64,000 nucleotides of DNA from an uncultured Pseudomonadota bacterium (GTDB taxonomy: Bacteria > Myxococcota_A > Polyangia > Fen-1088): the NCBI GenBank assembly GCA_963847705.1, contig CAWKBC010000008.1:1-64000 (forward strand), written 5' to 3'. The notes under the pieces are model-generated. The model saw only the letters and a list, made by a program, of their open reading frames with translations, made no database searches and was not told the DNA's origin. Both the position numbers and the translations under genes were made by a program. Below, piece after piece: positions 21,905 through 29,745 of the stretch (within the stretch, counting starts at the first letter, position 1; each line of letters starts with the position of its first letter).

Positions 21905-22421
21905 CGGCCGCCCCTTTCGCAAACGCAGATTACGTTCGTTGAAACGCGGCACACTAAATCCGGCGCCAACCGTTAGTCAACGAGTAATCAGTCGTTGCCA
22001 ATCATCGTTCAACGACGACGACGGGCTTGCGAGAGAGTTAGAGTGATATTACTCGTGTCGTTTATGAACGACGACAATGACTTTGGAATATTCAAACCGT
22101 GCTCTAACGCACGGCTCGAGATGGCCCGACAGGGCCCACAGAGCCTTGGCAATCAGGGAGGGAGAGAACCGAGGATGATGAGCCCAACGCGGCGCTCTCT
22201 CACGAGCCGTTCCATCGAGGGGCCGCATCGCAACTTTGGCGTTCGCTGCCGGCGCTTGCGATGAGCCGCTCTAACCTGAGAAGCTAATAAGCCCAGAGCC
22301 TTCGCATACTTAGCCGAAGGATTCGGGGTGGTCGTTTGGCGCACATTCACACGCACAGAACTTCCGTGAGTCTCACGTGGCGTCGGCCCGCGCCCTCTGA
22401 TATGGGTCGAACACCCGAACG

Positions 22422-22982
22422 ATGGCGCCCCGCTTTCGCCTGCTCCCGATCTTGGTCCTGCCAACCCTCACGCTCGCGCTGGCGCTGGCGATGAACTGCG
22501 CGACCACGCCCAACCCCAACGCCGCGAAGTACCCGCCGCGCCCGGGCGGCTGCAAGGTGCGCGTCTTCCACACGCCCGCGCCCGACGTCAAGGAGTGGGA
22601 CGATCTCGGCGTGGCGCACGTCGACTGCCCGCTGGACGTGGGCTCCGTCCAGTGCCTGAAGAGGCTCCGGATGGAAGCCTGCCGGATGGGCGGCGACATC
22701 ATTTACGACGTCCCGAAGAAACCGCAGCGCCCGACCGAACAGGGGATGGTCTACGCCGGTCACGTGGCGCACACCAAGGAACGGTCCGACGACGCCGGCA
22801 AGGACAAGGACAGCGACGACGGAGGCGCGGGCGAGGTCGATCAGCCGGAAGGGCAGAGCGCCGGCGCGGTCGAACCCGTCGAGCCGATCTCGCCGAACGC
22901 CCCGGCGGTTCCCCTGGTGCCCCTCTCGCCGATCTCGCACGGCGCCGTCGGCGCGCCACGTCCCGTCGACGGCGGGCCATGA
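22422..22982 (+). CDS. Hypothetical lipoprotein
   Basis: LTLALALAMNC lipobox; ACRMGGDII motif; low-complexity acidic/Pro tail. Confidence 0.65.
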   Translation: MAPRFRLLPILVLPTLTLALALAMNCATTPNPNAAKYPPRPGGCKVRVFHTPAPDVKEWDDLGVAHVDCPLDVGSVQCLKRLRMEACRMGGDIIYDVPKKPQRPTEQGMVYAGHVAHTKERSDDAGKDKDSDDGGAGEVDQPEGQSAGAVEPVEPISPNAPAVPLVPLSPISHGAVGAPRPVDGGP

Positions 22983-23014
22983 AGCCCGCGCGCGACCGGG
23001 CCGCCTGAGGCGGG

Positions 23015-25008
23015 ATGCTCGCGGCCGCCACGCTCCTCGTCGGGCTCTCCGCACAGGTCGCCGCGGCCACGCCGCCGCCGCCGGGCGTCGAGCGGCTCGC
23101 CTCGCCGAATGGCCGCATCGCCGTGGCGGTGCACACCACGCCGCGCCTCTCGTACGACGTCCTCTTCGACGGCCGGCCCTTGTTGCAGGGAGCGACCCTT
23201 TCGCTCGACGTCGACGGCGTCCGATTGGGAGCGACGCCCCAGATCACCGGCCTCGAGCGGACCCGCACCGACGCCACGGTCGCGCCGCCCGTCCGCCAGA
23301 TCGCCGCCAGTCTGGTCGACCGGCACAATGACCTGCGCCTCACCTGCGCCGGCGGCTACGCCATCACCTTCCGGGCCTACGACCTCGGTGTCGCCTACCG
23401 GTTCGAGACGGCGCTCCCCCGCGCCGAGGTGAAGATCACCGGCGAGGAGGCGACCTTCCGCTTCGTCACGGACGCCACCGTCTACTACCCGCGCGAGGAG
23501 AGCTTCTTCTCTCACAACGAGCGGCAGTTCCGGCGCGTGCGGCTCGGTGAGCTGTCTCCGGCCGCCCTCGGCAGCATCCCGGCGATCGTCGAGACCAGCG
23601 CCGGTCCGAAGGTCGCCATCGCCGAAGCGGATCTGGAGGACTACCCCGGCCTCTGGCTGCGCGGCACGGGTGGCCCGGCGCTGACCGCGACGTTTCCCCC
23701 TACCCGCTCGAGGAGAAGCTGACCGGCGATCGCACCCTTCGGGTGACGCGCGCGGCCGACTTCATCGCCATCACCCGCGGCACGCGGACGTTTCCCTGGC
23801 GCGTGCTGGGGGTCGCCGAGCACGACGGCGACCTCGTCTCCAACCCGCTCGTCTACCTCCTGGCGCGCCCGTCACAGATCGCGGACACCTCGTGGATCCG
23901 GCCGGGCAAGGTGGCCTGGGACTGGTGGAATGCGCTCAACCTGCGGGGGGTGAGGTTCAAGCCAGGGGTCAACAACGAGACCTACCAGGCGTACATCGAC
24001 TTCGCGGCGCAGTACGGCCTGCCTTACGTCATCCTCGACGAAGGTTGGTACAAGACGGGCGACCTCCTGTCCGTGACACCGTCGCTCGACATGCCGAAGC
24101 TGCTGGCGTACGCGCGCGACAAACACGTCGGCATCATCCTGTGGGCGGTCTGGAAGACGTTGGCCGACCAGCTGGGGCCCGCGCTGGCCCAGTTCGAACG
24201 CTGGGGCATCGCCGGCCTCAAGGTCGACTTCATGCAGCGCGACGACCAGCCGGTGATCCAGTTCTACTGGCGCCTCTGCCGCGAGCTGGCGGCGCGCAAG
24301 ATGCTGGTCGACTTCCACGGCGCCATCCGTTCGGTCCTGCTGACGCGCACCTGGCCGAACCTGCTCACCACCGAGGGCGTCCAGGGCCTCGAGCACGACA
24401 AGTGGAGCGACCGCACCGACCCCGCGCACGACGTCACCTTGGCGTTCACGCGCATGTTCCTCGGCCCGATGGACTTCACGCCCGGCGCCATGCGCAACGC
24501 CGATCGCGCGCACTTCAGGCCGAGCTTCGCGGCGCCGATGAGCCTCGGCACGCGCTGCCACCAGCTGGCGATGTACGTCGTTTACGAGAGCCCGCTGCAG
24601 ATGCTGGCCGACTCGCCGTCCAACTATCTCGCCGAGCCAGAGGTGATGGAGCTCCTCGGTCCCGTCCCCTCGGTCTGGGACGAGACCCGGGTGCTGGGCG
24701 GGCAGATCGGCAGCTACGTCGTCGTGGCGCGACGGAGCGGCGCGACCTGGTACCTCGGCGCCATGACCGACTGGACCTCGCGCCAGCTCCAGATCGACAC
24801 CAGCTTCCTCGGCGGCGGAGAGTGGAAGTTCGTGGCCTACGTCGATCCCCCCGACCACCCGGCGGTGGGGAGCGAGCACTACCGGACGGCCGGAACGCTC
24901 ACCAGCGGGACGCCCGCCAGGTTCACGCTGGCATCCGGCGGAGGCTTCGCCGCCGTCTTCACGCCTTCGTCGGCGCCGAACCCGTCGGGCCCGTCGTCGT
25001 CCCGGTAG
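23015..25008 (+). CDS. Glycoside hydrolase family 97, retaining alpha-galactosidase type; one frameshift at the C5 run 23696-23700
   Basis: LASPNGRI N-domain, SWIRPGKVAWDWW, DEGW, GLKVDFMQRDDQ, DFHG, EGVQGLE, GPMDFTPG, WDET. Adding one C restores TFPPYPLEEKLTGDR. Confidence 0.88.
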
Positions 25009-26368
25009 CCGCCCCCACAGTCGTCCCGACGACTTTGGACGACCAGTCGGCGATCAGCTTCAGCGTCGGGTCCTGGTCGTAGATGCTGTACCACCCCTGC
25101 TTCTCGTGGGGCGGATCCCCGACGAACGGATCACCCGGCCTCCAGAGATCGCCCGGCCGCGGCGGCCGCGCGGCGCCGGCCCAGGCCCACGGCATGATCC
25201 CCGCCATCGGCGTGGTCGCGATCAGCGAATGGACCAGGGCGTAGACCTCCCGAAAGTACCGGTCGCGGAAGGTCGTCGGCGACGCCGGCTCGAAGCTGCC
25301 GCCGTCGCGCGGGAAGCCGAACTCTTCCAGCAACAGCGGCTTGCCCAGCCTGGCCGCCAGCTCGGCATGCCTGCTGATGTACTTCTTCGCCAGGTCGAGC
25401 GCCTTGGGATAACCGGTCGGGATGGAATCAGCGTGGACCCATCCCCAGTTCTCCGCCCACATGTGAAAGCAGATGAAGTCGATCGCTGGGCTCTGGTGAT
25501 CCTTGATCGGGTCGACGCCCGCGTACCAGGGCGTCGCGGTCAGCCCCTCGCTGCCGGTGGTGCAGAGCTGCGAGGGCGCCAGCGATTTGATCAGCCGCGC
25601 GCTCCGGTCGATCCAGTCGCGAAACGCGCGGGTATTGCCGAGACCGCGCGGCTCGTTGGCCAGCTCCCAGATCACCGTGGGGTTCGTCTTCAGCTGCGGG
25701 ACCAGGAACCGGAGGTAGCCGTCGTAGAGTTCCAGCGCCCTGGCGCTCTTGTAGAAGCCACTCGCGTACCTCTGGAACCGATCCCAGCTACCGTTCGGCA
25801 TCGGCGGCGGGTACGGGATCGGGCCGCCGCCCGCCCAGGCGACGTACTGCGCGAAGCCGCCCGACCACTGCCAGAAGTTGCTCAGCGTGTAGATGCCGTA
25901 GAGCCCGCGCGTTTGAAGCTCCTCGGCGAACCGCAGCACCCCCTCGACGCCCGCCGGATCGTATTTGCCGGGCGCCGGCTGGATCGCCGGCACGATCCGC
26001 TGCGGCTCGCTGTCGGGCCCCTCGGTCGCCGCCATCGTGCGGATCATGTTGATGCCGGCCGCCTGGATCCCGTCGAGATCGCGGCGCACCCGATCCCAGC
26101 CGGCGGCGTCGCCAGTCCGCGCCAGCGTCGGACCGGCCCAGTAATTGATGCCGCTGATGAAGAACGGGTGGCCATTCCTGGTGAAGCGGGTCCCGCGCAC
26201 CTCGAGGCCGTCCGGGAGCGGTCGAGGCGCCGGCGCCGCCGGCGTGACCGGGGGCGGGGGCGGCCCGCCGTGGCAGCCGTCGATCAAGAGCGCACCCACA
26301 CCGACGGCAGCACCGTGGACGATCTCTCGCCGGCTCGGTAGCGCGGATTCATTGGGGGACCTGGACAT
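24959..26368 (-). CDS. GH5 endo-beta-1,4-mannanase, Tat-exported lipoprotein
   Basis: SRRE..Tat signal with LIDGC lipobox; WELANEP acid/base, LEEFG nucleophile, NFWQWSGG..QYV, GDPPHE.QGWYS mannanase motifs. Confidence 0.88.
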   Translation of the reverse strand: MSRSPNESALPSRREIVHGAAVGVGALLIDGCHGGPPPPPVTPAAPAPRPLPDGLEVRGTRFTRNGHPFFISGINYWAGPTLARTGDAAGWDRVRRDLDGIQAAGINMIRTMAATEGPDSEPQRIVPAIQPAPGKYDPAGVEGVLRFAEELQTRGLYGIYTLSNFWQWSGGFAQYVAWAGGGPIPYPPPMPNGSWDRFQRYASGFYKSARALELYDGYLRFLVPQLKTNPTVIWELANEPRGLGNTRAFRDWIDRSARLIKSLAPSQLCTTGSEGLTATPWYAGVDPIKDHQSPAIDFICFHMWAENWGWVHADSIPTGYPKALDLAKKYISRHAELAARLGKPLLLEEFGFPRDGGSFEPASPTTFRDRYFREVYALVHSLIATTPMAGIMPWAWAGAARPPRPGDLWRPGDPFVGDPPHEKQGWYSIYDQDPTLKLIADWSSKVVGTTVGAATGTTTGPTGSAPTKA

Positions 26369-26564
26369 CGGCAGCCTCGGCGGCGTTCGGGAGTCATGTT
26401 ACACAGCTCCGATGTCCGACCCCACCCGTTCATCTTTGGTCCCCACCCGCAGGCCGACCTGGTGGTGGCCGTCGTCGATGGCCTGATTCCCGGCGTGCCC
26501 GCCTCGCACGATGCGGCGAAATGGTACAACGGCCTGCACGCCCAACTCCAACAAGGAGACTTCC

Positions 26565-26750
26565 ATGAAGTTGATCCTCGCGACGATTCTGGCCGGTTCG
26601 TTCTTGGTTTCCCTCCCGGTCAAGGCCGACGACAAGCCGCCGGCCGGTGACGGCAGCAAGAGCGACAAGCCCGCCAAAAAAGGCAAGAAGACGGACAAGA
26701 AGGCGGACAAGGGCGACAAGGGCGCGGCTCCCGCCGGCGGCGGCTGGTAG
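26565..26750 (+). CDS. Small secreted Lys/Asp-rich protein (61 aa)
   Basis: AAGGAGA RBS; signal peptide MKLILATILAGSFLVSLPVKA; charged tail ending in GGGW. Confidence 0.75.
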   Translation: MKLILATILAGSFLVSLPVKADDKPPAGDGSKSDKPAKKGKKTDKKADKGDKGAAPAGGGW

Positions 26751-26768
26751 GCCATCGCCGCCGCGCGC

Positions 26769-28802
26769 TCACAACGAGCGCAGCAACGCCAGCAGCGCCG
26801 CCTGCTCGTCGGCCGTGAAGGCCGGCGGTCGGGCGGCGTTGGCCGGCGCGTGAACGGCGGTCGCGCCGGGATCGGTGCGGCGGAGCGCCTCCTCGAGCGT
26901 CCGTGCGCTGCCGTCGCTGAAGTAAGGCGCCGCGTCCCACACCCCGCGCAGCGACGGCGGATTGTTGCCACCTTCGCCGAGGATGGGCGTCCCGACCGCG
27001 TAGCGCCCGGGCGACGTCAGCGCCACCTGACCGGCCAGCAGCCGGGCCTCCAGCGCCGCGCCGTCGAGGTGATCGCCGCGGGCGCTCGACCCGACCAGCT
27101 GGTGGCAGCCCGCGCAGCGGTCCCGGAAGATCGCCAGCCCGCGCCGCGCCTCGGCTGAAAGCGCGGCGCCCGCCGTCACGAACGGCGACGGCTCGGGCGG
27201 AATCCGCTCCATGTAGCGCGCCAGCGCCGCCCGCAGCTCGGCGGGCGACAGCGTCACGTCGGCCGGGCCCGCGTCGCCCCAGGTCTTGAACGTGACGGGA
27301 TAGTCGGCGAAGTGTGCCGGATCGCGCTCGGCGCCCTGCGCGTGCGTGGAGACGATGTTGTCGGCGAAGATGTCCAGCGTCGCCTGATTCCCCAGGCGCA
27401 GGAAAGGCGCCGTGGTTGCCAGCCCGCGACAGGTCAGCGTCGTCGAGAAGAATCGGTTTTGCTTGGCCGGGTGCAGCCGCCCGTCGATGTGTCCGTCGTC
27501 GTGGCAGGCGGCGCAGGTGTAGAGCGACAGCGGTCCGGTCGCGACGTTGTGGGGGATGAGCGCGCGGCTGTAGAACAGGAGCTCGCCTTGCTCCGCCGGC
27601 GACGAACGCCCCGGTTTCCCCACCACCAGCGTCGCATCGATCTTCCCCCGGGGGTCGAGCGAGATGAAGGTCAGCGTGTCGCTCAGTCGATCGGCCGTCA
27701 CCAACCGGTGGGCCGAGACGGGGACCACGGCGGATGGATTCGCGCCCACCGGCACCACGATCGCATGGCGCAACTCGAGGTCGCTGGCCTGGGCCAGGAC
27801 CAGGTTGTCGCTCCCGGCGCCCACGATCGCCAGATTGCCGCTCCCGTCGACCGCCGCGGCATCGGGCTCGATGGCCGGTGCGGCCCGATCGCCGAGGTTC
27901 ACGAATGGGCGCCGCCCGGGCCCAGGATCGTCGACGAGACGCCCGCCCGAGAGCTGGCCCCGCGCCGCCAGCCGTATGACACCGCTGTCGAGCCCCTCGA
28001 CCGGGCCTCGGGCGCGCGACACCACCCGATCCTCGTGGGTGAACAACCAGAGCCCGGGCAGCTCACCGGTGCTGATCACGAGATCGAGGACCGGCGCCTC
28101 GGTCCGGATGGTCTGTCTCGCTGCGGCCAGCCGCCCGTCTGCGGCGATCGGATGAATCGTCACCGTGTGGTCGATGAAGTTGCTCACCACCAGGAACGGG
28201 CCGTGACGCCCCGGCCAGCCCTCCGGCGGCACGAGGCGCACCGCCCGCGGCGAGATTCCCGTGGGGAGCGTCTGCAGCACCCGACCGTCGTCGAGCGCCA
28301 CGACGGCGATCCCGCGCAGGGGCGGCGACGCGACGTAGGCCGTCTTCCCGTCCGTCGCCACCGCCAGGCCGCGCGCACCCGGCGGCAGCCCGGCGGCCAG
28401 CCGCGCAGCTCGAAACCCACCGATGGCGTCGCCGGTGATTCGCACGAGCCCGGGAGCGAACCGGCAGCCAACCAGGGCACCCTCCTGGGGGAGGGCCGCA
28501 ATTGCGTCGGGAAACCGGCAAGCGTCGATTCTGGCCAGCAGGCGCGGCGGCGAGGACGAGGGGTCGACCACCGCGACCTGGTCGGCGGTCGAGAGCGCGA
28601 CGTAGAGCAGGCCGTCGTCCCCGTTGAAGGCCAGCGCGCGCGGTCGCGCGTGACCGTCACGATAATCGCTCGGCTGCGGGGAGAGCTCCGCCTCCGGCGC
28701 GCTTGGCGTCCGCCTCGACACACCGGTGGTGCGGGAACAGGCGACCGGCGCGCAGGCGATGAGGCAGGCGATGAGACCGGCCCGTTTCCCGCGCGAAGGC
28801 AT
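26769..28802 (-). CDS. YncE-like beta-propeller fused to a di-heme cytochrome c (CcP/MauG-like), lipoprotein
   Basis: APVAC lipobox; propeller repeats (LYVALSTADQVAVVD, VGANPSAV, TADRLSDTL); CAACH and CAGCH heme motifs; PPSLRGVWDAAPYFSDGSARTLEE. Confidence 0.8.
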   Translation of the reverse strand: MPSRGKRAGLIACLIACAPVACSRTTGVSRRTPSAPEAELSPQPSDYRDGHARPRALAFNGDDGLLYVALSTADQVAVVDPSSSPPRLLARIDACRFPDAIAALPQEGALVGCRFAPGLVRITGDAIGGFRAARLAAGLPPGARGLAVATDGKTAYVASPPLRGIAVVALDDGRVLQTLPTGISPRAVRLVPPEGWPGRHGPFLVVSNFIDHTVTIHPIAADGRLAAARQTIRTEAPVLDLVISTGELPGLWLFTHEDRVVSRARGPVEGLDSGVIRLAARGQLSGGRLVDDPGPGRRPFVNLGDRAAPAIEPDAAAVDGSGNLAIVGAGSDNLVLAQASDLELRHAIVVPVGANPSAVVPVSAHRLVTADRLSDTLTFISLDPRGKIDATLVVGKPGRSSPAEQGELLFYSRALIPHNVATGPLSLYTCAACHDDGHIDGRLHPAKQNRFFSTTLTCRGLATTAPFLRLGNQATLDIFADNIVSTHAQGAERDPAHFADYPVTFKTWGDAGPADVTLSPAELRAALARYMERIPPEPSPFVTAGAALSAEARRGLAIFRDRCAGCHQLVGSSARGDHLDGAALEARLLAGQVALTSPGRYAVGTPILGEGGNNPPSLRGVWDAAPYFSDGSARTLEEALRRTDPGATAVHAPANAARPPAFTADEQAALLALLRSL

Positions 28803-28809
28803 GAAAGAG

Positions 28810-29742
28810 CTACCCGCGGTGCGCTTCTTCAACCACCGCGTCGCGCAGCGGACCCTTGCGCCAGATCTTCCAGCCGGTCTCGACGAGCGCGCGCACGTCG
28901 CGCACCCGGCCCGCGAATACGGTCTCGGCCAGGACCAGGGCCTCGTTCTCCAGCTCGGCGCGCCGCTGATCGACGGCGGCCAGCACCGCCTCGCCGTCGG
29001 CCGCGCGGCCGAACCAGCGCGGGTGCAACCCGGCCGTCGCCTTGACGCAGTCGAGGTCGTGGACCTGTCCCAGGATCTCGCCAAGCCGCTCGATCTTCGG
29101 CATCAAGGTGGTGGTCAGCTCCGGGACCGCCGCGGCGATGATGCGCAGCTCGTAGGAGAGCGCCTTGACCTTTTTGCGCCAGTCGTGAAATCGATCGGGC
29201 GTCGGTCGCGCGCGCGCCGCCACCAGCTTGGCGAGGCCGGTGCGGTAGGTGCGGGTGACCCCCTTGCCGATGGCGCGGCTGCCGCTGCCCACCCCCCAGT
29301 CCGACAGATCGCGACGCAGACGGCGCAGCGCCCGTGCCGCCCGCTTCAGATCGCGCTCGACCTCATCGGGCTCGAGCGCGCGGCGGATCTGCCGCTCGGC
29401 CGCCGACAGCCTGATCAGCAAGCGCGGCGGCAGCTCGGACTGCAGCCGCGTCCCGAGCACGCGGAAGGTGTGGGCCTGCACGGCGAGGTCGCGCGGCCGC
29501 GCCAGCATCCGGCCCGCGTCGCGCAGCCGGCGATCGTCGCGCTTGGCCTTTTCCCCCGCCCCCTTGCGGATCAGGCCCAGCGCCGCGCGCGAGCGCTTGA
29601 GCCGGGTGCGCACCTCGTGCACCCGCTCCTCTTGATCGCGCTTTCGATCGCGCGCCACCCGGATGGCGCTGCGAAGCTGCTCGCGCACGATCCGGCGCAC
29701 GGCCTTGACGACCTCTTCCTTTTTCTTGATCCGGTAACCCAC
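28810..29742 (-). CDS. CHAD domain-containing protein
   Basis: VHEVRTRLKRSRA, RPRDLAV, FHDWRKKVK, LGEILGQVHDL; highly basic and helical. Confidence 0.88.
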   Translation of the reverse strand: MGYRIKKKEEVVKAVRRIVREQLRSAIRVARDRKRDQEERVHEVRTRLKRSRAALGLIRKGAGEKAKRDDRRLRDAGRMLARPRDLAVQAHTFRVLGTRLQSELPPRLLIRLSAAERQIRRALEPDEVERDLKRAARALRRLRRDLSDWGVGSGSRAIGKGVTRTYRTGLAKLVAARARPTPDRFHDWRKKVKALSYELRIIAAAVPELTTTLMPKIERLGEILGQVHDLDCVKATAGLHPRWFGRAADGEAVLAAVDQRRAELENEALVLAETVFAGRVRDVRALVETGWKIWRKGPLRDAVVEEAHRG

Positions 29743-29745
29743 GCC

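Noticed and set aside
22037-22275. Canonical integron attC site
   Set aside because: GTTAGAG precedes CTCTAAC, the reverse of attC order, and there is no integron integrase.
15659-22420. Intact prophage or ICE at tRNA-Asn
   Set aside because: No integrase, phage or conjugation genes and no duplicated tRNA 3' end; only an islet can be supported.
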